A stretch of DNA of 64,000 nucleotides, taken from IMG/VR virus record IMGVR_UViG_3300044799_000708; one strand, written 5' to 3'. This stretch comes from a virus. Taxonomy: Duplodnaviria > Heunggongvirae > Uroviricota > Caudoviricetes. Position numbers and translations under genes: made by a program. Each line of letters opens with the position of its first letter. The stretch's first letter is position 1. This document shows positions 19,477 through 28,255 of this stretch, in pieces. The notes under the pieces are model-generated. The model made no database searches. It was not told the origin of the DNA and was given only the letters and a program-made list of their open reading frames with translations.

Positions 19477-19974
19477 CTATACCACCGCCTCAAGTTTTCT
19501 TGCCTTTCTGCATACAAGAATCTCTTCCGAAGGCAGAACGCTTGTAGGCACTTCTGCCCTTTCGACTTCTTCTGTTGGCACTACCGCTTCAGGTGATGGA
19601 ACGCCACCAAATTCCCATTTCTTTCTTTTTGCGCCTTCCACAATCCCTTCGCCGATAGCACGAAATCCATGTTCGATGTGCGTTTCCATACTTGCTATCC
19701 TTTCGGCTGGCGTTAAGCCTTCAATGCTCATCTTGTGGCGCAGACCTTCTGCCATAGCATGAAGAAATTTATGCTCTTCTGGACTTTCAGTTGCCCAGTG
19801 AATAATGCCACTTTTTGTGCGGTGCAGTATTCCACGATGCTTCGGCTTTTCTTCCAGTTCTATTTCCTTTTCTGGAAGCCCTTCCGCAGATAGCTCAACA
19901 TACTCGTCTTTTCTGACTCTTGACCTGTCCATAATGCTTTTCGCTTTCGACCTCTTCAATAGACTTTCTGCCAT
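19477..19974 (-). CDS. hypothetical protein (165 aa)
   Basis: Ends LEAVV. Confidence 0.5.
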   Translation of the reverse strand: MAESLLKRSKAKSIMDRSRVRKDEYVELSAEGLPEKEIELEEKPKHRGILHRTKSGIIHWATESPEEHKFLHAMAEGLRHKMSIEGLTPAERIASMETHIEHGFRAIGEGIVEGAKRKKWEFGGVPSPEAVVPTEEVERAEVPTSVLPSEEILVCRKARKLEAVV

Positions 19975-19975
19975 A

Positions 19976-20161
19976 TCATATCACCTTTTTTATTTTTTTC
20001 TTCCATTCTTTGGCAAGTTTTTCTGCTTCACGTTTACTTGGAAGAACATCTGCATCAAAGACGACAAGACTTCCATCTTTCTCCTTGTAATATCTTCTCG
20101 TCACCCATGCAGGTGGAGAAAGTTCATCATCATAGTATACATCGACATATGTTTTCTTCAT
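19976..20161 (-). CDS. hypothetical small protein (61 aa), copy 2 of exact duplicate
   Basis: Identical to 16099..16284. Confidence 0.55.
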   Translation of the reverse strand: MKKTYVDVYYDDELSPPAWVTRRYYKEKDGSLVVFDADVLPSKREAEKLAKEWKKKIKKVI

Positions 20162-20175
20162 TTTATATCACCTTT
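19978..20175. repeat. second copy of the 198-bp duplication
   Basis: See 16101..16298. Confidence 0.8.
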
Positions 20176-20399
20176 TCCAATTTTTTTATTGCGAACATTC
20201 CTGTTCCATTTTTTCTCGGAAATGCTCTATAATAATATCCTTTTTCTGGTTTTCTCACATAGATTGCTCCATTCTTCAAAATAACAGAAACTCCTGCTCT
20301 TCTAAAATCTTGTATCATTGCATTCCAAATACCTTTGGGTCTGATATAGATTTTATTTCTGAATCGAATTCTTTCAGGCGTAGGTTTCCATTTCTCCAT
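20163..20399 (-). CDS. hypothetical small protein (78 aa)
   Basis: Ends LEKVI. Confidence 0.5.
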   Translation of the reverse strand: MEKWKPTPERIRFRNKIYIRPKGIWNAMIQDFRRAGVSVILKNGAIYVRKPEKGYYYRAFPRKNGTGMFAIKKLEKVI

Positions 20400-20744
20400 T
20401 CATATCACCTTTTTTATTTTTCTTTTGGCGAGATAATCACTAATTTTTTGACCTAAAATATCTCCAAGTCCCCACGCACCGAATGGTAATGCCACCACGC
20501 CAAGTTCGGGATGACCAAGAACTATTCCTATTACTGTCTCTCCAGTTGCAATCCCTGCAGTCAATTTAGCCCAATCTTTAGCACCAATTATTTTTTTTGC
20601 CATCATATCACCTTTCCTATCTTTTTGCACGCACAGAATTTGACCGCTTTCTTGAATTCTTTTTGCCAAGCCTTTTTGCCAGAATAACGCTTTTTTGAGA
20701 GTTTTGTCTTCATGCATCTTTGGAATTTCATAAATTTTCTCCAA
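20400..20744 (-). CDS. small glycine-zipper membrane protein (114 aa in track, probably 105 aa)
   Basis: Track start is TTG; in-frame ATG at 20717 is more likely and sits near the AT-rich promoter. Motif GIATGETVIGIVLGHPELGVVALPFGAWGLGDILG; ends IKKVI. Confidence 0.5.
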   Translation of the reverse strand: MEKIYEIPKMHEDKTLKKALFWQKGLAKRIQESGQILCVQKDRKGDMMAKKIIGAKDWAKLTAGIATGETVIGIVLGHPELGVVALPFGAWGLGDILGQKISDYLAKRKIKKVI

Positions 20745-20870
20745 ATATATTAATTAATAATATAATGTTGATTTTACCACTATTTACCTGTATGTAATAC
20801 CTTTTTGAGTATTTTGGTAAAAAATTCGTTTGTAATACATCTTTTTAAATGATAGAAACAAAAAATATTT
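20745..20870. promoter_or_regulatory. divergent promoter region
   Basis: AT-rich 126-nt spacer between divergent genes; CTTTTTAAAT at 20841..20850 lies exactly 20 nt upstream of ATG 20871 (leaderless spacing); TTATATTATTAATTAATATATTT on the other strand upstream of 20744. Confidence 0.45.
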
Positions 20871-21122
20871 ATGCCAAAACATTTCGAAAAGACAATAATT
20901 TTTCGTGTGGATGAGCATCTCGATAAGACCATAACTCTTTTTGCACAGGAAAAGGGTTATAAATATAAGTCGGATTTAATAAGGGATATACTCACTTTAC
21001 ACTTTATGTCTATTATGCTTGGTTACCTTCCCACAATGACATTCGAAGATATGCAGAAGGAGTTCCTACAGAAGTTCAGCACGAAGAAAAAGAAAAGGGC
21101 AAGAGCTAAAGTGCATTTATAA
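20871..21122 (+). CDS. ribbon-helix-helix (CopG/Arc-like) DNA-binding protein (83 aa)
   Basis: N-terminal beta strand KTIIFRVDEHL followed by two helices (DKTITLFAQEKGY, KSDLIRDILTLHF); basic C-tail. Confidence 0.5.
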   Translation: MPKHFEKTIIFRVDEHLDKTITLFAQEKGYKYKSDLIRDILTLHFMSIMLGYLPTMTFEDMQKEFLQKFSTKKKKRARAKVHL

Positions 21123-21211
21123 ATATGAAATGTGTAAAGGAATGTTATGTCGAATGAAAAATACTCCAATATCCTGTCATTCTAACGAATGGCGTGGTAT
21201 TGGTGTAGAAA

Positions 21212-21430
21212 ATGCGAAAAGGCAAAGAAAAAGGTAAAAGACAGCGAAAAGAAAGCCTGACAAAAGGCGTGATTGGTAAATTCTCTATTGCAAAAAAACC
21301 CAGTAGATTTGATATTGCAAGGGGATTGGAAATGAAGCTGAATCACCCAGAAGGCAGGGGGACAAACAGAAGTCTGGGAAGTAATAAGGCTTTACAGAAC
21401 AAAATCGAACAATTGAGGTCTAAACGGTAG
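21212..21430 (+). CDS. hypothetical basic protein (72 aa)
   Basis: MRKGKEKGKRQRKESLTKG...; uncertain, overlaps convergent ORF by 11 nt. Confidence 0.3.
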   Translation: MRKGKEKGKRQRKESLTKGVIGKFSIAKKPSRFDIARGLEMKLNHPEGRGTNRSLGSNKALQNKIEQLRSKR

Positions 21431-21641
21431 ACTGGAGTTTTTGCTGGTCGATAGAATGTTTCATGTTGTTTAGCTCTTGTATTCTTCTGCGTATTTCCCT
21501 GACCCTTTCGGCAAGTGCGAGAAGTTCCTCCCTGTTGGCATCTGGGTTTGTAGATGCTTCCTCTTCAAGATAACCTTCAAGACCCAGAGAATGCTTTTGA
21601 CCAACCAATTTTATTGGTTGTTTGTCATGCACTCTGGACAA
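21420..21641 (-). CDS. hypothetical small protein (73 aa)
   Basis: Coiled-coil-like (LALAERVREIRRRIQELNN); overlaps downstream gene start. Confidence 0.4.
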   Translation of the reverse strand: MSRVHDKQPIKLVGQKHSLGLEGYLEEEASTNPDANREELLALAERVREIRRRIQELNNMKHSIDQQKLQSTV

Positions 21642-22738
21642 TTTTGACCTCGAAGATGGTCTTCCAAAGCTATTCCATTTTTAATCGCCTGTTCCTTATG
21701 CCAATTGGAATGGTCTGTATGTTCATCCATATTATTCTCCTCCATAAAATTTTTAATTTTTTCTAATATTTTATTTTTGTCCTCATAAATTTCATTTTCC
21801 CATAAAACAAGCATTTTATACCCATATTTTTCATAAATTTTTCTTCGACCATATTCCGTCTGTCTAAATTTTGTAGCACCTTCTCTATGCCAATAATTTC
21901 CGAAAACTTCAATAATTAATTTTTTTCCATTACATTCTATAAAATCTGGATTTATTCCTCCGATAATAAAAGACCCATTACCAACATATTTATATGGTAA
22001 ATTATTTTTTTCAATTAAATTTTTTATTTCTATTTCTGGTTTTGTTGGTCTTTTCAATAATGATTTGAGCATTTTTTCTCTATTTAAGTCAGTTATTTTT
22101 CGTATATTTTTAAGATAAATCAACCAACATTCCCAACTACAAAATTTTCTTCTTGCCATCTTTGATGGATAAATAAGAAATGGTTTCTTACAGGTTTCGC
22201 ATATTTTTCTAACCTTTTCTTTATAATTTGGGTTATTTTCGCCCAATCTATTTTTAGAGAAAAATTTATTTGAACATTCCTGACTACAAAATTTTCTTTT
22301 ACCAGAATTACATTTTTTTGAATGAAACAATTTTATTTCTCCGCAATTTTGGCATTTTATTTTATATTCTTTGTAATTTGGATTATTTTTTCCACGATTA
22401 TAATCACTTTTTCTTTGCCATTCACTATAACATTTTTTATTACAAAATTTACCTATTTTGGACTGTATTTGCGATGGCAATTCTTCTAACCGATTTTTGC
22501 AATTTGGGCAAAAAAGGACAACTCTTTTTTTTCTTCGTTGTGGTTGTGATTCATGTCGTTTTGGGTCTTGCCTATAATATGCATATTGACATTTTTCAGA
22601 ACAAAATTTTATGTTATGAAAACCATCACTTTTATACAACTTTCCACAAAAAATGCAATTTCTATCATGCATTTTTACTCGTTCCCATGCCATGAATATA
22701 TTTAAATAACCCAAATATATAAATAAATATGGCTTCAA
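21611..22738 (-). CDS. homing-endonuclease-like protein: tandem zinc ribbons + C-terminal Vsr/DUF559-like PD-(D/E)xK domain (375 aa)
   Basis: Four CxxC..FCSxxC repeats with recurring G(K/E)NNPNYKE; C-terminal NLPYKYVGNGSFIIGGINPDFIECNGKKLIIEVFGNYWH matches the DUF559/Vsr-like nuclease signature; paralog of 41710..42657. Confidence 0.55.
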   Translation of the reverse strand: MKPYLFIYLGYLNIFMAWERVKMHDRNCIFCGKLYKSDGFHNIKFCSEKCQYAYYRQDPKRHESQPQRRKKRVVLFCPNCKNRLEELPSQIQSKIGKFCNKKCYSEWQRKSDYNRGKNNPNYKEYKIKCQNCGEIKLFHSKKCNSGKRKFCSQECSNKFFSKNRLGENNPNYKEKVRKICETCKKPFLIYPSKMARRKFCSWECWLIYLKNIRKITDLNREKMLKSLLKRPTKPEIEIKNLIEKNNLPYKYVGNGSFIIGGINPDFIECNGKKLIIEVFGNYWHREGATKFRQTEYGRRKIYEKYGYKMLVLWENEIYEDKNKILEKIKNFMEENNMDEHTDHSNWHKEQAIKNGIALEDHLRGQNCPECMTNNQ

Positions 22739-22962
22739 AAGCTATAATCGGGGCTTTTCTCATTCTTATTATTCTCTCGTATATAATGGTCATAAATTCC
22801 CTGAATTTCGATATGGCATACAAGGTTCTGCTTTATATCCCTGCGCTTTTGCTGTTCCTTGTCTTTATGTATATGGGTTTCGGTAACAAGTCTCCTACCG
22901 AAGATGTCGGTGGCTTTCCATATTTAGAATATGCTTATTTCTCCAGTCTCGGCACTTCTTGA
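22729..22962 (+). CDS. small membrane protein (77 aa), uncertain
   Basis: Two hydrophobic helices; only plus-strand ORF in the region and may be spurious. Confidence 0.25.
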   Translation: MASKAIIGAFLILIILSYIMVINSLNFDMAYKVLLYIPALLLFLVFMYMGFGNKSPTEDVGGFPYLEYAYFSSLGTS

Positions 22963-25509
22963 AAAATACAGATAGAGTATGAAGACCGCTATCAAACCGA
23001 TGAAGACATATATCCATATCTGATACGCAGGCAGCACGCAGGCATTCTTCACGCAGCCATATGTGCATATCTGCTCATCTGTCTCTATATATGTCTTGTT
23101 CAGCGAGCCTCTGATATATTTCGTGGTATATTTCACAAGCGTTACGTTATCTTTGCAAGACCATAGTGCATTTTCTTCACCAAGACCCCCGAATGGAAGG
23201 AAGCCCATATAGGCGTAGCCTTTTGACGCTATTTTATCGCCTCCGAAGGCTACAAGCATACCTATTACCTCGTCTTGGCTTGTGGTTATGTTGATGGTAA
23301 GGTTGCTGACATTCATCAATCCGTTTATTATGCTGTTATTCAGTGATGTTATTTCATCCTGTATCATAAACAGTTTGTTCATTATTGTGGTGTTTACCAT
23401 CCCGATTAGATTGTAGATGAGCGTGAGATTATTATTTATGTCTTGAAGTTCTCCCTGAATGGTAAATAATTTTCCCCAGATGCTCTGGTTAACGGCGAAA
23501 ATAGTTGCATTTATTTCGTCTATTTTATTTGACAAGGAAAGATTAGTTGCAGAAATGAGACTGTAAAGGCTGTTATAATGGAGGTTCTGCGTGTAATTCA
23601 TGTCCCAGAGATATGTGAATATTCCGCTTTGGTTGTAGTCGGTGAGAGTCCTGTTCGGGTGAGACCATATTTGCGAAGGCATGGAAAGGATTGTGTTCGT
23701 GATTCCATTTTCGCCGAGAAGCAGTGTTGTTTTTATTGTTGATTCCCTGTAAAATCTCAACTCATCCCAGTTTTGCAGATTTTCTCCTGCCGTATTTATC
23801 GCCAGCGAGGAGTTGTAGTAAAGTTCCGACCAGTAGAAATCATCATATAGGTGATGGCAAGTGGATAAGTATGGGTCGTTGCTGACTATTGTGCTGTTTG
23901 TTATCGGGGAGACATATGTGTAATTGGATATATTTGCAATCGAATCGCAGTAGGGAACTATCAAATTTTTGATGTTTATGATTTGGACATAGCTCCAGTC
24001 TATTTCCCATTTTACATAATTGTCCATTTTTATGCGGTATTCGTATGTATTACCCCTGACCAAATCGATAGGCACGAATATATTGCAACTGCTATCTGCT
24101 TCCGTGAATGTCAATAATGTTTCCAAATCAATATCTGTCCAGCCAGTCCCATTATATTCCTTTAACCAGTATAATGCATCGCAACTGACGCTTGGGGGTG
24201 TTCTGTATTTCCAGTATTGACCATCTTTTGTTTCTAATGCAATTATCGTTATGTTATCTTCAAGTTCGCCTTCTGGCATATTGAATTCTCCTGTATTGGT
24301 GAAAACAGCACAAGCCGATTCCAGAGTTACACTCGTTACTTCAGTTGTTTCACCGCATAGGGTTGTCATGGTATATGGAAGGTCTTTTGACGAAGAGACA
24401 TGGATTTCGCCTGAACCTATTATCTGCTGGTATTGCGATGAAAATTGTGCGATGACATCGACATGGACATAATCGCTTTTGAAAAGATTTAGTGATGCAT
24501 CTGTTATGTTGGTATCGTTGAATAAAATGGACACTATTCCGTTATTTACCAGACCGCTTGCCGTTGCATTAGTTGTTAGTATTGTATTCGTAACCGTGAC
24601 CACGCTTCCTCCTGTGTCTGTAATTTTGTTCGGCAGTTCAATCCAATTTCCGCTTGTGAAATTCTTTATGTGAATGGTGATGCTATCTCCTGATGGTGCG
24701 GAATTCCATATACCTGCCCAAGATATGCCTAATCCTGTTTGCAGTGCTGGCTGTGTCACATTTGTGAAGTTCATTCTTATTTGGATTTGCCGTGTCACAT
24801 TGGTTAATATTTCTCTCACAACCCAGTATACAGAATCCAGAATCCAAGTTGATATATAGTCCCCCGATGTCGTAGTTCCTATGTCCACGATACCAGATGT
24901 GGCATTATTTTGCACAGTTGTCGTTACATAGTAGCAATTCACTATGCTTGGGTATACTCCAACTTCGTTTGGAACTAAAAAATTATAATAATATATCCCT
25001 TCTTCAATAAACGACATCAAAGCTTTTTCAAACAGATGACCACTACCATTTGCTGGTCTGTAAATATCTACATAGCACGTTGCATTATCAACTGGTAGTT
25101 TATTCGCATCCAGAACTTGAACCCATATCTTTCCACATTCTCCGATTGTATATTCTGTCCCATGAACCGTAATCGAAGGTGAATTCTGGTAAACCTGCTG
25201 TTTCATTATCTTCAGTTCATCATATATTTTTTCAAGTGCAGTGGAAGTGTCATTCTTCGGGAGTTCGTTGCATGATGGTGTTTCGAATATTTTTGTGTCA
25301 TCTATCCTGCAACCATATCTGCAATCTTCATGGTAAGTATATGTGCATATTTTTAGTTTCGTATCAAGAATTCCTTTCGTGTATAGGGTAGAATTCGTGC
25401 ATATGTCTGGGCAAGTGCCATTGATAGGCTGTATTTGTATCTGCGCCTTTGCGTTAATTGCTAAAAGAAGAAAGAATATTATCGGAAATATAAAGGCTAT
25501 TTTTTTCAT
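22924..25509 (-). CDS. giant secreted surface (glyco)protein with C-terminal membrane anchor (861 aa)
   Basis: Signal peptide MKKIAFIFPIIFFLLLAINAKA; more than 40 N-x-S/T sequons; C-terminal TM IWIYVFIGLIAVFILYLYF + tail SRSAETGEISIF. Confidence 0.65.
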   Translation of the reverse strand: MKKIAFIFPIIFFLLLAINAKAQIQIQPINGTCPDICTNSTLYTKGILDTKLKICTYTYHEDCRYGCRIDDTKIFETPSCNELPKNDTSTALEKIYDELKIMKQQVYQNSPSITVHGTEYTIGECGKIWVQVLDANKLPVDNATCYVDIYRPANGSGHLFEKALMSFIEEGIYYYNFLVPNEVGVYPSIVNCYYVTTTVQNNATSGIVDIGTTTSGDYISTWILDSVYWVVREILTNVTRQIQIRMNFTNVTQPALQTGLGISWAGIWNSAPSGDSITIHIKNFTSGNWIELPNKITDTGGSVVTVTNTILTTNATASGLVNNGIVSILFNDTNITDASLNLFKSDYVHVDVIAQFSSQYQQIIGSGEIHVSSSKDLPYTMTTLCGETTEVTSVTLESACAVFTNTGEFNMPEGELEDNITIIALETKDGQYWKYRTPPSVSCDALYWLKEYNGTGWTDIDLETLLTFTEADSSCNIFVPIDLVRGNTYEYRIKMDNYVKWEIDWSYVQIINIKNLIVPYCDSIANISNYTYVSPITNSTIVSNDPYLSTCHHLYDDFYWSELYYNSSLAINTAGENLQNWDELRFYRESTIKTTLLLGENGITNTILSMPSQIWSHPNRTLTDYNQSGIFTYLWDMNYTQNLHYNSLYSLISATNLSLSNKIDEINATIFAVNQSIWGKLFTIQGELQDINNNLTLIYNLIGMVNTTIMNKLFMIQDEITSLNNSIINGLMNVSNLTINITTSQDEVIGMLVAFGGDKIASKGYAYMGFLPFGGLGEENALWSCKDNVTLVKYTTKYIRGSLNKTYIETDEQICTYGCVKNACVLPAYQIWIYVFIGLIAVFILYLYFSRSAETGEISIF

Positions 25510-25539
25510 ACATATTACTTACTTGTTTTATTTAAATCT

Positions 25540-28167
25540 TCACAGCACAAGCCCTTGCCATACTGCGACAATCATCAGTATGATAATCGTTATGCCTATC
25601 ATCACCTTCGCTATCATTTCTGGGTCTCTCCAAGAGTATCCGAAATATAAAAGCGTCATAACGGAGAACAGACCCATTATACCGAAGCCAATCGTAAGGA
25701 CAAGTTGACCTGTTATTGAAGGCATCTGGTCTATTATAGGAACTGATGCAAGTATTACATTGAATTCTCTACTGGTATCCATAGTTAATGATGTCATGTT
25801 CGCTACATATCCGCTCTTCGTGGCTGTTATGTTGTGCGGAGTCGAGTTTGTCCTGCTGTTTAATTTTGTTACATAGTAGTCAAGAAGCCACACATCTTCC
25901 GAATCGGAGAATGATGAGACCTCATCGCCTGTTGAGTTGTAGATTTTCACGCTGGCTGAAAGCGGATTCCTGACCGAAAGATTCCAGTAGACGTTGAGCC
26001 TTGAGTAGTTGATATAATAGTCGGTAAGAGTAGTGTTATACAGGCTGTAGGTGTTGTTGTTCCAACATGGAGGATTAATGCAATATGTGTAAATAGCACC
26101 GAAACTGCTGTTTGTTGAGCCTCTTTCTATTCTGCTGTTATAAATGTCAATATGACCATATCTACTGTTGTCTATGGAAAATGCTATGTTGTTTCCATAA
26201 ATATACGAATTGATAATGGTAATATTTAGTTTATCTGTAGGGGAAACTAAAGTATCGAAAGTGCCACTCACAAATGGACTTGCTGCATTATTTATGTTGT
26301 AAAAAGTGGAATTTATTATATCAATTTGTCCTGAACCAGAAATAAACATAGTAATATTATATTCATTGCTGATTTTATCCATTCTGAAGACTGAATTTTT
26401 AAGCGTAATATTGTTTCCGCCTATGGCATTCCCAAAACTGGGAATGGTTGTATTATATACACTGACATTGTCAAGAACAGAGTCATTCACTGAAGACAGC
26501 AGACTGAAAGCCCCCCTCTCCCTTATGAAAATGTTTGAAATTTCAAGATTCTTGCTTCTATAAGCAAATATTCCATCCTCGCCGTCAAATATTCCATTCT
26601 TTATTTTCGAACCAGTGGAATTGCAGAGATATATACCACTTATATTGTCTGGAACTGGGTTTATGTCAACGGTGTCATTCGTGAATAACGGCACTTTGCC
26701 GTCAGTTGCAGTAAGGTTAATGAATGACCTTAACGAGTGGCAGGCACTTCCAGTTGCAGCAAGAATTCTATAATCAAGAACTATGTTGTCATGCGAACTT
26801 ATGTTTTCAAGAGTAGTGTTGTAAATAATTGATAAATCCATCCCAACATAATTGTCATACAATTCAGAGTTTACTATGGTTATATTGTTACTACCAGCAA
26901 CATTCAAGCCTTCTACAATTGGTATACCAATTCTTGTAACATTATGAATAACAAGTTTTTCTGCATATGTATTGTTAGAACCTGAAATCCTTATGCCATA
27001 ACCAAATGAAGATGTTGAATTTATGTTATACACCTCTATATCGCTCAAAATGACGTTATTGCATCTATCAACAAAAAGACCATAGGGGCTGCTATAATTC
27101 ATGTCATAAATCGTAGTATTTTCAATAGTTTCGTTGTTGCAGGGAACTGAAATATATATTCCCCTTTGACCACTTTTCTCGGATATGGAATTGTTTATGA
27201 CAGTATTGTTTACATTCGATAATTGAATGCCATATCTCGAATTGTTCGATACAACCACATTATCGAAAATAGCGAGGTTTACTGAATTCAAAGAAATGCC
27301 ATCTTGGTAATTGGATATGTTTACGTTCCTTGCCGTGAAATTGTAGCTGTTGGAAGAAATGTCTATACCTCTCACATTGGCACTATTTCCGTAAGCGGTG
27401 AAATTCTCGACTATGTTGTTCTTGCCATCAGTGAGGCGCAATGCGGTGCTGTTCGACAGACATCTTATGTTGGTGAAAACAGAATCATTAATCGGCTTGT
27501 CAGCATAAAGGCATCGGTTAGCAGATGTTATGTTTATGTTATTAATTATGTAATTGTTTCCCCCACCTAAGTCAATTCCATTATAGCCATAGATAATGCC
27601 GTTAGAAAATGTCATGTTAAAACCGTAATTAAGTCCAAAAATTGTGGCTTGGCTGCCAGCAGAAACATTAATCATAAAATCATTGAGCGTAAAATTCATT
27701 ATGTTCCCATTGAGCTGAATCCCTTGTGTTGTGACATTGGTAATGGATATGTCGTTCATTGTAATGTTAATGTTGCTGGCATTACTCAAGTATCTCATCC
27801 CATAGCTACCGCCACTAAAGTTAATGTTTGACAAAAGCAAGTTTGTTATTCCGCCCTGAAACTGTATACCCTGATTGGCTGTTGAGTTTATGCTACAATT
27901 TTCAATAGTTGCTAAATTAATTAAGGTTGTAGTATATACTAAACTTTGTAAACCATTTAAGTATGAGCCATTGCAATCCAATGTGATATTGCTGGCAGTA
28001 ATATAAAAGCACCATCCAAGAGGTGAATTTATCGAGGCGTTCATCACATAGGTTTCATTCTCGGTGGAAAGAGTCTGGCAGGTGTCGATGTATGTCAGGG
28101 CAGAGACACTATTACAAAAAATAAATAAAAATAAGAATACAATTGTCAAAATGCCTATCTTCTTCAT
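25540..28167 (-). CDS. giant surface protein with right-handed parallel beta-helix repeats and C-terminal membrane anchor (875 aa)
   Basis: Signal peptide MKKIGILTIVFLFLFIFCNSVSA; repeated N-N-x-I/V-x-N pectin-lyase-like turns (NNTVINNSISEKSGQRGIYIS.., NNVILSDIEVYN..); very many sequons; two C-terminal TM helices. Confidence 0.65.
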   Translation of the reverse strand: MKKIGILTIVFLFLFIFCNSVSALTYIDTCQTLSTENETYVMNASINSPLGWCFYITASNITLDCNGSYLNGLQSLVYTTTLINLATIENCSINSTANQGIQFQGGITNLLLSNINFSGGSYGMRYLSNASNINITMNDISITNVTTQGIQLNGNIMNFTLNDFMINVSAGSQATIFGLNYGFNMTFSNGIIYGYNGIDLGGGNNYIINNINITSANRCLYADKPINDSVFTNIRCLSNSTALRLTDGKNNIVENFTAYGNSANVRGIDISSNSYNFTARNVNISNYQDGISLNSVNLAIFDNVVVSNNSRYGIQLSNVNNTVINNSISEKSGQRGIYISVPCNNETIENTTIYDMNYSSPYGLFVDRCNNVILSDIEVYNINSTSSFGYGIRISGSNNTYAEKLVIHNVTRIGIPIVEGLNVAGSNNITIVNSELYDNYVGMDLSIIYNTTLENISSHDNIVLDYRILAATGSACHSLRSFINLTATDGKVPLFTNDTVDINPVPDNISGIYLCNSTGSKIKNGIFDGEDGIFAYRSKNLEISNIFIRERGAFSLLSSVNDSVLDNVSVYNTTIPSFGNAIGGNNITLKNSVFRMDKISNEYNITMFISGSGQIDIINSTFYNINNAASPFVSGTFDTLVSPTDKLNITIINSYIYGNNIAFSIDNSRYGHIDIYNSRIERGSTNSSFGAIYTYCINPPCWNNNTYSLYNTTLTDYYINYSRLNVYWNLSVRNPLSASVKIYNSTGDEVSSFSDSEDVWLLDYYVTKLNSRTNSTPHNITATKSGYVANMTSLTMDTSREFNVILASVPIIDQMPSITGQLVLTIGFGIMGLFSVMTLLYFGYSWRDPEMIAKVMIGITIIILMIVAVWQGLVL

Positions 28168-28255
28168 TGTCCCACTTTATACTTTACACTAAAAAGGAAA
28201 AGAGAAAGGAGGTTATAGGTATAACTATGCGCATCCAAGATACGGTTTCCTGTCT

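Noticed and set aside
21200-21640. GC-richer stretch considered as a structured ncRNA
   Set aside because: It is fully explained by two convergent small ORFs (21212..21430 +, 21420..21641 -) with coiled-coil-like translation; no conserved stem-loop was evident.
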